From Epiperipatus broadwayi (Eukaryota > Animalia > Onychophora), in the NCBI GenBank assembly GCA_028023455.1, contig JAQFVV010000001.1:20646001-20710000 (forward strand): a DNA stretch of 64,000 nucleotides. The letters are read 5' to 3'. Below are positions 42,460 to 55,660 of this stretch, piece by piece. The notes under the pieces are model-generated. The model saw nothing but the letters and a program-made list of their open reading frames with translations, was not told the DNA's origin and made no database searches. The position numbers and the translations under genes were made by a program. How positions within the stretch are numbered: the first letter of the stretch is position 1; each line of letters starts with the position of its first letter.

Positions 42460-44343
42460 TGACCAACTATTCATTACTAATTGTATTTATATTTTGGACT
42501 ATTTCCATCATCTAATACAAGTATTGAATGTCTTTAGAAAAATTTAACTTTATTTAAATAGTCCAAATACATTCAAATGTTAATAATAACAGACGGGTTA
42601 TATATGCACAACCTTTCAACAGATATTATTCTCCCCTCTTCTTCAGGGGTTGTTGGCCTGACCAGTGACAGTACTTGCATGGGAATCAAATATGGACTCT
42701 TAGATTCCTGGATATTGAATTTTAAGATAATGCTCTAACCAAATAAGATATCCTGTCAAAGACAACAGTCAGTAGAAATTTCATATATTTATCTATGATG
42801 GTCTTCCTGACTTCCCTACTTTTTCCTAGCAAATTTGATTACCGGTTTCCATACACTATGTATAGTCACACTATGTTGACTTATGGGGTTGTTTGCCATT
42901 GCCATGTGAGCAGCTTCTTTAAATTTTCTTCTTTATATCATTTTTACTCTATCCAATATTTTTCTATTTTCCCAACTGAACATATATTACTGATACATAC
43001 ATGGTCGACTACCTTAAACACAACTGTTTTCTCTCTTCTAATTATCAGTTTATGTTGTTGCAAATTAGGGTATAGTAAAGTGCCAATAATTGTTTTTCAT
43101 TTTGATGATTCTTTTTGCTGTCTATTTAAGGTTTTCTTAAAAACAGCTGATGGATAACCATTTTTCGTAAGAGTTTGTTCTATATAGATCTTTTCTTTTT
43201 AAAATTGCTGATTTCTGAACAAACTTATTTTGCTCTGTTCCATAATAATAATATAAGTCCATGTTTTGTGTTTCTGGTGTGAATGGATGTATAGGCTAAG
43301 TATTTTGTTGTATGTATAATTTTTCTGTAAACTGTAGTATTGGTTTTGCCATGACCATGTCTTGTCAAAAAAAATGTCTAAGAATGCCAATTTTTGTTAT
43401 TGTTCTGACTCTATTGTGAATTTAATTGGAGAGGATATGTTGTTGATGTGTTTCCAAAATTTGTAATAGTGCTTCACCATGTATCATCTACATAGCAAAG
43501 CCAAACTTTAGGTGGATATGGTGTAGTCTTTATGGCTGTGATTTCAAGTTCTTCCATGTAAATATTGCTAAACAGGGGAAACAATGGTGAGCCCATAGCC
43601 ATTCCTTGATTTTGTTATAAGAATTCGGTGTTATATTGAAAGTATGTTGTTTTTATGCAGAATGTTAATAGTTTCATTACACTATCAATAGGAAGAGGTG
43701 TTCTGGTTTGTAAGCTATTAGTACCATTTAATATTTTCCTTTCAATAGACAATCCTTTTTCACATGGTATATTTGTGAATAAACTTTCCACATCAAAGCT
43801 TATTAGAAAGTCATTTCTTTCAATTTTCAAGTTTTTGATTAATTCTACAAAGTATCTAGAATCCCTGATAAAAGTCTGGATCTTATATGCCAAGGGACTA
43901 AGAACTTTGAGAAAAAATCTTGACAAATTTCTAGAACTAACAATTGATCTTAATGGAACATGATTCTTATAGATTTTAGATAGACCATAAAAATGAGGAA
44001 TTTTGCTGAAATATGATGTTATTTTACTTTTTTCTAAATCACTGAATTACCTGCAAAAGCTTTCTGAGAAATGCTTATAACTTTGTTTTGTACTCGGTAT
44101 CGGCTTTTTTGCCACTTTTATGTATTGGCCTGCTGTGAGGAGTTTTGTATTTTGTTGTCATAATCAGTTGTATCCATTACAACCATTGTGTTGTCTTTAT
44201 CAGCAGGAAGAATAGTTATAGATTTATCTACTTTGCGATTTAATTGCTTTCCTCTCATCATAGGATAGGTTTGACTTCAATTTTTATTGCTTGACAAGTG
44301 TCTTTTTATTCTCCAGCATAATTCTGCTTATTCTCCCTATAAT
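42460..44343 (-). mobile_element. Decayed Penelope-like element copy P1
   Basis: ORF 43615-43926 (LISFDVESLFTNIPCEK...CIKTTYFQYNTEF) is PLE RT. Upstream remnant NLSYDERKAIK...ILPADKDNTMVVMD. GIY-YIG remnant at ~42850-43050 and tail at 42460-42800. Confidence 0.92.
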
Positions 44344-45796
44344 GGATACAACTGATTATGACAACATAGTACAATAACTCCTCACAGCAACCAATATACA
44401 AGTGGCAAAAAATCCTATACTAAGTACAGAAACAAAGTTATAAGCATTACTCAGAAAGCATCAATTAAGAAAAAAGTAAACTAACATCATATTTCAGAAA
44501 AATTCCTCATTTTTGTGGGCTAACTAAAATCCATAAGGATTATGTTCCATTAAGACCAATTATTAATTCTAGATATCTGCATTGCCAAAATTCATCAACA
44601 TTTCTTCTCAGTCCTTTGGCATACAAGACCCAATCCTTTGTCAGGGATTCTAGACACTTTGTAGAATTAATCAAGAATATGAAAATTAAAAGAATTAACT
44701 TACTGGCAAGCTTTGATGTGGAAAGTTTATTCACAAATATACCATGTGAAGAAGCATTGTCTATTGTAAGGAAAAGATTAAATGATGATAGTTTACAAAC
44801 CAGAACAACTCTCTGCATAAAAACAACCTACTTTTAATATAACACAGAATTCTTTCAACAAAATCAAGAAATGGTTATGGGTTCATCATTGTCATCCCTG
44901 ATTAGCAATATTTACATGGAAGAAATTAAAACCACAACCATAAAAACTTCTCTATATTCACCTAAAGTTTGGCTTCATTATATAGATGATATATATGATT
45001 ATGGCCACATGGTGAAGCACTATTTCAAATTTTGGAAACACATTAGCAACATATCCCCTTCAATTAAATTCACAATAGAATCAGAACAAGAACAAAAATT
45101 GGCATTCTTAGACATTCTTGTAACAAGATTCCTTAATGGCGAAATCAAAACTACAGTTTACAGAAAACCCACACATACAGAAAAATATTTAGCCTACACC
45201 TCCAATCTCACCAGAAACACAAAACATGGAGCTATACTATCACTATGGAAGAAAGCAAAAGAAGTATGTTCAGAAATCAGTTCTTTAAAAAAAAGAAAGA
45301 TCTATATAAAACAAACTCTTATCAAAAAACCAGTTACCCATCAGCTGTTATTAAGAAAATCTTAATAGACAAAAAAAAAAAAAAACAATCAAAAGAAAAA
45401 ATAATTATTGGTACTGTAGTGTACCCATACATACAAAAGTAGACAAATTAAGGAAAATCTGCAATCAGTATAATATCACAACTAGCTTTCCAGAGCCATA
45501 TCACACTATGAAAAGTGAGAAAATAGATGTGTCTAAGGTACCAAACTATATATGCATCAACAAATATATGTTCAATTGGAAAAATACAAAAATATTGGAT
45601 AGAGAAGAAAAGATGCAAAAAAAAAAATTTAAAGAAGCTGCTCACATGATAATGGCAAATAATCCTATAAGTCAACCTAGTGTGACTATACATAATGTAT
45701 GGAAACCACTAATCAACTTTACTCTTAGGAAAAAGTAAAGAAATCAGGAGGAACCTCACAGATAAGTATATGAAATTTCTTCTGAATGTTGCCTTT

Positions 45797-45888
45797 GACA
45801 GAATGTCTCAGTTGGTTAAAGTGTTGCCTTAAAATTTAATATTCAAGAATCTAAGGGTCCAGGTTTGATTCCCATGCTAATACTGTCA
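45797..45888 (+). other. tRNA-like (Pol III A/B box) cassette inside the PLE tail; not a functional tRNA gene
   Basis: gacag...tgtctcagttggttaaag (A-box-like)...ggtttgattccc (B-box-like)...ctgtca. The gacag/ctgtc acceptor-like stem is also conserved in P1. Confidence 0.6.
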
Positions 45889-45901
45889 CTGGTGAAGCCA
45901 G

Positions 45902-45950
45902 CAACACCTGAAGAAAAGAGAGAAATAACACATCTTAAAACATTGTGCAT
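45902..45950 (+). ncRNA. Degenerate hammerhead motif in PLE P2 tail
   Basis: caacac CTGAAGA aaagag...ctt AAAA catt gtg. The P1 homologue (42605-42653, minus) keeps CTGAAGA and GAAA. Inferred consensus cac CTGAAGA agag..ctc GAAACGTT gtg. Confidence 0.5.
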
Positions 45951-46737
45951 ATACTAACCTGTGTGCAATTACTAATGTATTTGGAATATTTAAATTGTTA
46001 AATTTTCCAAAGACATTCAATACTTATTTTATATGATGGAAATAGTTCAATATATACATATAACTAAAATACCATCATCACAAATCTTCAGGAAAACATT
46101 CAATACTAACTTTATATAATCTTATGCTAAGCTAACACTGATGCATCATCATGGATACTATATCATATTCTATGCTACATATAAACATAATAAAATGTAT
46201 CAAGTATTTTAAATAAACTCTTCTTTACAAGAACATGGAGATTATTTAAATGTATAACATTGTGAGATATAATAAGCTACTCCACTAATTAATAATGGGA
46301 GCATAATAATCTTCTGCAGGAGACTTACACTATTTTTTCTAACACCTTCCTGGATAAATGCCCTTTTCATCCTAATTCACAAGATATCTTAAATTTTCAT
46401 AACATGATGCTTTTAAGGAAAAGACATATAAACACAACATAACATACCATAACAACTGTCAAAAAAGTCCTCTATCATTAGGATGGATAATATGATTAAT
46501 ATGTTCATGTATAAATCTAGTAATACATTTAGATTAAAAATAGATAAATTAATAATTTAATCACACACGGCATACATAGTTAATATTACTTAACATTCGC
46601 CCACTAGTCTAAAAATTTACCTAGCTTTCATATAATAAATTTATATGTAAAATGCATTAATATGATTAATTCTGACAGATATTCTTTATTTAATATTAGC
46701 CTGCAATCATAAATATTTTCCAATACAGATCTTTTTT

Positions 46738-47015
46738 TTTCTATTATAATTATGAACTTGAATATAATAAAATTATGTCCAACTATCCATATAATAAAGT
46801 TCATCGGATTTGTGTTTTTTTTTTCACATAAATTGACTCTTTCTATAATTATTATGAACTTGAATATAATAAAATTATGTCTAAACTAACTAAGCAAATA
46901 CAAATGTATATTTTTCATTTGTAAAATGTTAAATAATCATATTTTCATAAAGAAATAAAATTCACTAGATTTGTTTGTTTTTTTTTTTCAAATAAATAGA
47001 CTATTATTATAATTA
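46738..47015 (+). repeat. Degenerate tandem repeat (~100-150 bp unit, 2-3 copies)
   Basis: attatgaacttgaatatataataaaattatgtc at ~46749 and ~46851; aaagttcatcggatttgtgtttt / aaattcactagatttgtttgtttt also repeated. Confidence 0.75.
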
Positions 47016-47849
47016 TGATTTCCTTTTTAACTATTATTTTAGAAATATTATATACACCTACACATATACTATTTATATAGCTTTAAAATTCAGATGGTAA
47101 ATATTTTTCCTCTTTTCTTTTTTTTTTATCTATTATCTTGTAAATATAATAAACTTACACAAATAATACTTCATGTAGCACAGTTTTAAAATTCAGAGAT
47201 AAAGCTAAATAGTTACCTAATTAGTTTAAATTGAATCACCAGTTACCTAATTAAATTACAGTTCTTTCCCCAAAGTGATTTCCAATAATCAAAGTTAGGT
47301 TTTGAATGAGGTTTTATAATAGTTGTCTAGTTAGATATATTCCAATTTTTGCTCAGTCACAAATGTTTTTTTTTTTTTCTCTTGATTATCAAGCTTGCTG
47401 AAAACTATTTTAAAAAATTTTCACAAGCAAGTGTTGTACATTTTTTTCTTCTTCTTATTTTATCTAAGTTATTCTCATCTTCAATTTTCTTCTAGCATTT
47501 AAATATTTACAAGTCACTTTAGATGAAAAGTATTTCCAATAAATATATAACAAATTATTGATCTATGTATATAATGCATTATAACATTTTGATTATCAAA
47601 TATTTTAAGCAATATGCAAATTACCTATTTTGTCTTTATTAATTGAATTAAACATAAATTTGGTTATTGTTTATGATTTGATATAGTGATAGACTTGCAA
47701 AATCTGGAGCTCAACATATATGTATTATATTTCAATTCTATCACTTCTGGTTCAAATTTCTTATTAACTGTTAAACATTATATGATTTGATTATTTTTAG
47801 AAAATAAATTCATCATTTTTATTAATTTACAACAGAATTATAATAAAAT

Positions 47850-48090
47850 ACCCTGAAAGTTTGTGATGATGATATTATGTTGAACTATTTCTATAATCTG
47901 CCATTAAATGTTGAATGTCTAGAAAAGTATAAATAATATTACTTGAAATGTAATGTAATATTCTAACCTGTGTTATCTTAGTGCATTATTACTAACAATT
48001 GTTTATATTTGGAAAAGTTTAAAAGTTTACAATTTTTTAGACATTCAACATTAAATGATACATGATGGAAATAGTCCAGCATGTCACATA
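47850..48090. mobile_element. Solo palindromic PLE terminal-repeat module
   Basis: ccctgaaagtttgtgatgatgatatt matches 5177-5203 and the reverse complement of ~46070-46095. Inverted arms carry tagacattcaacatt...gaaatagt. Confidence 0.65.
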
Positions 48091-50966
48091 TAATAAAACA
48101 CACTTCATAATTTGTTTCAAACAAAAATTATTACTATTATTATATTCATTTTAGCCTTAAGAATGTAGGTAATATATATATAAGTACACATTCAGATTTT
48201 TCTCTTGCAAATGATGATGATGATAATAATAATATAGATATTAGATGATGGGAGTGATGATTTAGATGTAGGCAGTTAATGTAAATAATATGATTACATG
48301 GAAAATAATTTAGTAGGTAGAGATTAGTAAATTGATTTTCACAAATAGAAATTAATTTTGTTTTTATTTATTTATTTTTTTCCATCAATCTTATTAGTAA
48401 TAAATAATCTTATCATATAAAATTTATAGAATTATTTTGTAGTATTATGATTTCACTTGTTCCATATATAACTATTGTTAAATATCAAATATAGTTTAAG
48501 TTATTATAGGAGTATAATTCCCTGAGCTACAATCATTCATAATGTCAATTAAACATAATCACTTTAAAACTTATTCTTTGCCAATAAAAATTGCCTCTTT
48601 TATCTTTCTTTCATTCTTTTTTTTTTTCATGTAAAATACTTGTGCATAGAAAATTAATGACTTCTTTATTGCATTTTACTTTATATTCATTAAAGCCCAA
48701 AGATTGAAATCTCTTTTTTAATATACATCTATACCCCCCCTGGGTATGCTTTTATAAATTTCTAGTTAATTTTATATACAATGTTGTTGGGTTCTTTTTG
48801 CAGTTTGTTGAATATATCTTTAACATAATTAACAAAACTATTAATGCTTGTTGACATCTTATATGATAATAACATTCATACATTATTTTATTATGCTCTG
48901 ACATCTTTACTATTCGTGCTCTTTATGGTTTAGTGCAGTATTAGAGTGGCAAACTGAAGCTCATAGATCATAATTCCAGTTTTATCATTTCTAGTGCTCA
49001 AATTTATTATAAGCCCCTAAGCAATAAAACATTAAATTACTAATCATTTCAGCAAACATCTGATATTCCACTTAATATCATTTTAGTATACTACATCATA
49101 CTTTCTATCAAGTGTTACATTCAATATAGCATAGACTGCATAACACATTTCAACTTTTATTGTAACTGTGCACCAGGCACCAGGGATCAGTTTAAAACTT
49201 CCTATTGGGATTAATTTAAATTCAAGTAGATTTTCAAAAAAAGTATCCAGTCAGTAAATCAATTAACTCACAATGCATTTTATTGCCTCACATAATCAAT
49301 ATCATACAAATTCTTATATCAATCTCTTATCTCAGTATTCCTAATTAGCCTCCAAAAAGATATATGCAATGAAATCAACAAACATTTATAGCTGCTCAGA
49401 AGAAATATAGTTTTTAAAGTTGATCATCACATCAATAATCTTTTAAATTTCAATATTAATTATTGTTCAAAACATGTCACACACCAGCAACAATCATTCA
49501 ATTCAGAATGAAAATGGTGAAACAAGATAAAATATTTATGTAGACTTCACTTTATTCCAATACATAAAAAACCAAGTTCAATACAATGACTCAATTTTTT
49601 TCCATTACATGTAAGTTATAACTGTTTTAAACTTACGTCATCTTTAAAAAAAAAAAAAAGTGATTTAAACAAAAATAGACTTAAAATGAAATATTATCTC
49701 AAATTATTATACATATAAAAATTAGAGATATATTAGTAAATATTGTATAATTACTTTTATGCAATTGTGTGCAAAAAAAAATCATATGCTCCTTGCTAAG
49801 CAGGTATTTTTGAACATAAAATCAGATTCTATTCCAAAACTCAAAACCTTACATTAAACTAGAGAATAATGTCTCTAAAATATTTGCACAAATAGATATG
49901 CTCAAAAAACTATAAAAATTATATTGGCACGTTCTTCTTAATACCATTAACAGTAAGAAAGCATCACACTAATAATAAACACTTTCCAAATTACTTTAAT
50001 ATTTTACATACTTTACAGGAACAGCTACTTTTGTAAAAAGTATAGTAGTCTTTCAATATTTCATTATCCAATTCTTTAGTTTTTAATATCCAAGTTTGAG
50101 TTCTGTGAATTCCTCACACTGTTTCTTCACTTTAACAAGCTAATAACTTTTAATCAACAAATTTCTATTACAAAAGGCTAGGCTATACATTATAGTCATC
50201 TTAAATTGTTATCTGTTATTAACCCTAAGCCATGGCATCTTTCCATTGATGGGAGACATGGCAGAAAGCTTGGAGAGTACAACTTTCATTTCATTAACGT
50301 TTTCCATAAAAGCTAAAATAAAATCACTATTAAAAAGTAATTTCTAGCTATATTTATATTTTTACACAGATAAAATATTATTGAGATATGGTGATATGCC
50401 AAAATTATACTGAGTTCTCTTCTCTGATTCAAGTATTGTGTGGCTCTATAGATTTATGCACCCTCAGCTATATGACAAAATGAATCTATTTCTAAATCCT
50501 TGAATGAATGAAAAGTGAATGTCCCTCAGCATAAAGTTCTGAAAGAAGGTAACTCATCTTTTCAAGTGATATAATCTGAATGGAGAAAAGAATGAATTAT
50601 CTCAGTCTTAAATTCTTATATAGTCTCTTTGATGTCTGATAAAAACATGTTTTCCTATACCTTAAGCCCCATTCTTGGTTATCACAACTTATTTTAAAGG
50701 TTTGTGTGGAGGGGGGGGGGGGTTCTTAGAGCTAATTCATTAATTTCAAAACCTTAATAAGTATAGTTATTTCAAATGAGGATGTGTCTTCCTTATTTAT
50801 TTAATCAAATATAAAATGAATTTTTCATAAAGTCTTTTCTTTAAAAAAAAATTAATGAGCTGAACTTTTTATTTATCGATTAATAATTTTTTTTTATGAA
50901 ATACAATTTATCCAAACCACTTCAAACACTTTTTAGCAAAACTCTTTATTTGTACATATATACATA

Positions 50967-51005
50967 CACCTATGTTTTGACTGCTCTGTAGTCTTCTTCA
51001 GTGCT
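50967..51005 (-). ncRNA. Degenerate hammerhead motif
   Basis: CTGAAGA a GACT acagagc AGTC AAAAC at aggtg: core and stem II present, stem I pairing poor. Confidence 0.45.
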
Positions 51006-54000
51006 ATCATATAATGAACAAAACTCTGAAAAATGTGTGTGGACACTTTTAGAGTGTGATTTAGATCACTAGCACCAAAGATAAAACTCCTTTGAAAATG
51101 CTCCCTAAATCATATATAAGATCCCATGCCTTGTACAGTGTACTATGGAAAATCTCATGCTAGTAGGTCGATGAGAATTTCCTAGGACATCTATTTATAT
51201 AAAAAAAGCAAAATTAAGTCATGAACACAAGTTAATCTTTATTGAACATGAGTTGGCTATGGGACAAATCTTTTCTCCTTTGAATGTTAAAAAAGTTTGC
51301 ATGGAGAGGAATAACAGAAAAAAAAATTAAAAAAGCATGGGCAATTGCAAGGAACCTGCATTCAATCAACAGAAAAAACTCTTGCATCCACTATCAAAAA
51401 AATGGAATATATAATTTGCATACTGTGACAAATTTACATATTTCTCAACCACTATATATTCTGACTCTGAACTGTGAGGTTTTATTCTGCACTATAATTC
51501 TGGTGAGAATTTGCCAAAAGCTTGCTATTAAATAAATAAAAATTTTGTTTTCTTATACCTTTTCATATCAACTTACATATCTCAAGTTTTTGAATGTGAA
51601 CATATATGCAGTCACAATTATTCTTTAAAGTCATGGAAACTTACTACAAACATTCTCTTTTATTCTATTTAAACTATACTTAAGAAAAGATTTACATCAT
51701 TCAAGAGGGAAAAAAAGTTTTTTTTTCCTCAGCCAAGCTCTAAGCTTTTATTTATTAGATCTAATATTTTATGTTTTACATCTTTTTTTTTATTTAAAAG
51801 ATGGATCATCATAATAAATTATCATAATTTTCTCATAATCATTAAAGGTTGTTATTTATTTACATAAAAAGATGAGTTAAAATTTTGTTCTTTATTCATA
51901 CTCAAAAAACAGTTTAATTTGGACTATTATTCATTTTCCAAATAAAGACATCAAACCACATGCAAGTCTGTTCTTTATATACTTTATTTTAAGTATTTTA
52001 AAGCTTTAGTTTCAATTTGATCTTAACTTTTTTAATGTTAATTGAACTATCAGTGAAATAGTGATATCATTACAATGTCTCCTGCTCATAATATCTTCCT
52101 TCCAATCACTGTTTTGGCATCTTTCAATTAAGATTATTTTTCTTAGATTTAAGAAAATCATTTTGAAATTATTTCTTTTTCTTTGTATTCCTAAGTTCAA
52201 TCCTGGATATAATTCTTTTTAATGTAGTTGTATTCCACCTCTGAGATGCAGTAATAATTCCTGTTCTGTCATTCTTCAATTGCTGGATGTTAAAAACTGA
52301 GCTTATACTTTTATAATTATATTCTTAAAAATGATATAACTTTAATGAGATCTGAGCATCACAGATGCTGGTGGCTTGATCTAATATACTTTTTAGGCTT
52401 ATATTAGAGCTAAAGCTTTAAGACAATATTGTTAGGAGTTTAACTCACCTAAACAATAATATTTGTGATTAGAAATGTCAGAAAGATAATACAATGTACC
52501 ATTAACTCACTTGGGTGCCTCTTGGGCAATTATTTAACTGTTTATTCTAGATACATTTTATTATAGAAAAAACTGAGGTTGATTTAAGGAATCAATAAAA
52601 CACATGAGAGATTAACTATTATGGGACTGTAGCATATTTTACGTTAGCCTAAAGTTTAATACAACTGATCTCCAGTACATTATACACACACATTTATCTG
52701 ATTTTCCTAATAAATATAATGTATTGCCTGTACCTTTCTAATGATATTTTCTTCCTGGAGAACTTTTATTAAACCCTACTAATAATAATAATTGCCAAAT
52801 ATTAAAATCATTAAACAAATTAGATAACTATAGAAGATGTATAAAATTTATAATCTACAGTCATTAAACAAAAGTCCGAGAAAATTTAACCAGGTGCTTT
52901 TAATTTTTCCAATCATATCAAAATATTATTTGGCATATCTATCAAATGATAAATTCCACAAAAATGCATTAAACACATTTAATCCAGCTACAGATAAAAT
53001 CAATTGTGGAGGCTGAGATTTTATAGCAGGAATTCATTAATATTGAATCTCCAAAGTATTCAACAAATCAACAATTATTTATTCATATGCCAGTACATAT
53101 TGATATAGCAATTAATAAATTTAAAGTAGCTCTGATACATTATAATGTCTCTAGATGTATTTATGAAGATATAATACCAATACAAATCCATTATCTTTTG
53201 GATTTCTGTGGTCACTGTAATAATGCTCAAATATTAATCCAGTGGTTAAATCAGCTTTACAAGAATAACCAAGGTTTTAAGTAGTTTTCTGCCAATATAA
53301 TATGCAGCAATTTATTGATCCATCACTTCAAGACAACTTTATAATGTTCAGCTAGAGTTCAGGTCATTTCCACAAAAGATAATATCAAACAATTCATTAA
53401 TCCATTGATTCTGATTTATTTATAAGACTTACCTATTGTTTTAGGCAGTTATCATGAATAGAAAATTAAACCATATATGAATCCATAAATTCTTATGAAT
53501 TTACAACATTCATTACAAATTTTAGGTCGATGTAGCCAAATATCATTCCAAATAAGCGATTTTAATCTTTAGAGAAGAGATGAATAATTATTACAGTGTT
53601 ATCACAAGCTGCAACATTCCATAAGCAATTTTAAAAATTCACAGATGAATCAAAATATTTAAATTTTGTTCCTTTTAAGTGTATTACTGAATGATAAACA
53701 TTAATTCCATTTCTTCATTCAGGATGACATAGAGAAAACATTTGCCCTCAAAGCAAATGTTTAGTGATATTCTATTCAGACATGCTACTGGTGAAAGATA
53801 ACAAAATAGCTAATTCCAGGTTTAAATCCAATGTGGTCCTTCAAGTAGTTGTATTTATGTTACTGCCATGTGATTAGTGATTTCAAAATTTTGTACCCAC
53901 AAAACTTCACTTTTTGGATTTGTACTCTCATTGCTAGGAAACGAATGGAAGCAGAATTAAATATTATTTTGAAAATTAAAATATCATACTCTATTAATTA

Positions 54001-54660
54001 ACAGTAAAAATAAAATACACAATTGTTTATTTGACAAATAATGATTTGTAATATTAAAATATTAAACTAAATGATTTCTACTTTATTTACTTTAAAGTTC
54101 TCATTTTTAATAATAATAAACCCATTTTATTTAATACTAAGAATAAATTCTTTTAAGCCTTTTATGATTATATCTTTTCAAATTGACTACATTTGTAAAA
54201 CAAACTTTCATGCATACACATATGCGTGTTAAAACATAATGTTAAAAGTTCACTATTATTATTGATTGTATTATTGGTAGTCTAATGATTGTGTTAATAT
54301 TATTCTAAATATTTTCTTTTATTATAGTTAGTGTGCTGTCTTTTTTATTCTGTGTATTTTTTCTTCTAACAATGAATTTATGGATGTTTACTTTTTATTC
54401 AATATTAACTGCGCTTTTAAAAAAAAAAGATTGAGATGCATATTTTTTTTTGGGATGCTGTAATTGATAGAAATGTGTATGGGAGACATCTTGGATAATT
54501 TTAATAATCTACTCTAATACACAAGAAATATGAATAATACTTCCAATTTTATCATTTGACACAATAACATTAATAAACATCAGTATTTGCTCTATTTGAT
54601 AAGCCAATAAATTTTTTTAGAATTTATAGTTATAATTATAGATTTAGACATTAAAATATA

Positions 54661-54706
54661 ATATTACAATATATATATATATATTACAATATATATATAT
54701 ATATTG
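54661..54706. repeat. AT-rich tandem repeat
   Basis: atattacaatatatatatat repeated twice. Confidence 0.85.
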
Positions 54707-55259
54707 CAGTTTATCTACTGCTATACTATCTTCAATAGAAGAAGAATATTGCTTTACCTTCAGAAACCACTAAAGTTTATAGCACACCTTTGGAGATAAT
54801 GTCATTTATAATTATTTTATTCACCAATAATGTTATATTTACATTATTTTGCTAATCAATTTCAATAATCAATCCTTTTAAAATAATCACAAGTGTTTTA
54901 TATGTTTCTCATTGATCTTGCAAATTTGTTTTTATGATTAATTAATTTTCAAATGCTTTTTATTAAATAATGAAATCTTCACTCTTAATTTATCTACACA
55001 AAATTTTCTTTCAAAAGTATTTATCAGTTAGTAAATTAATCATATGGTTATTTGCTCAGATGATCACATAATATTTGAGCACCAAATGGTAGGATGAGCA
55101 TAATAGAGAGATTCTTTAATACAATATTGAGAGTATTGGATAGATAATTGAATCAAAATCACCATTATTTATTGAAAACAGAAATTTTAATTTATCTGCA
55201 GAATGTGTGATGACACTTTTTAATCTGCTTACTAAAATACAAGTAATGACCTGCTATAC

Positions 55260-55660
55260 ACCTAAGTCTCGTTTTATGCGGTAAATAGGTTCCTCAGAAA
55301 ATGCGCACAAAAAAAATCACACAAAAATAAACGTAACTTACTTGAAAAATGGGGGATATATTCCAGTAATTTTCAGAAGTCGCATAAAAGCAAAGCAACA
55401 AGGAAAAAATACTTTAAAATTCGCATTCAAAATATAAGGAAATAAATTATGACTAATAAAAAATTTCAAATACTTGAAAAAAATTAATACAAGATAAACT
55501 TTTTTACTTTTTTTATTAACTACAGTATTTAATTTTACATTTTTTTCATACATATTTTAATCATTACCGCTGTTTACAATATGCGTTCGTTTGTGAACCA
55601 GTAAGAAATCAGATTCGTGACGTGTTGTACAACTAGGGCCACTTTCAGTCTTCAGCTGTG
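55260..55660 (-). promoter_or_regulatory. CpG-retaining putative promoter / 5' gene end
   Basis: Cluster of CpGs (atgcgcac, gtcgcat, accgctg, gcgttcg, ttcgtgacgtg) in an otherwise CpG-depleted window, adjacent to a minus-strand GTAAGT donor. Confidence 0.5.
55342..55385 (-). CDS. Putative first exon of an unidentified gene (MRLLKITGIYPPFF, phase 2; frame uncertain)
   Basis: ATG to strong donor AA|GTAAGT at 55341-55336 inside a CpG island. Downstream exons not identified with confidence. Confidence 0.35.

Larger units (their letters stand above)
44341..46110 (+). mobile_element. Decayed Penelope-like element copy P2 (RT + GIY-YIG + tail)
   Basis: ORFs 44616-44837 (FDVESLFTNIP), 44871-45365 (MGSSLSSLISNIYMEE, HYIDDI, LAFLDILV, TVYRKPTHT) and 45508-45738 (KILDREE...KFKEAAHM). 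This is the RT followed by GIY-YIG architecture of PLEs. Confidence 0.93.

Noticed and set aside
43655-44818. ORFs 43655-43963 (+) and 44540-44818 (-)
   Set aside because: Antisense shadows of the PLE RT frames, not independent genes.
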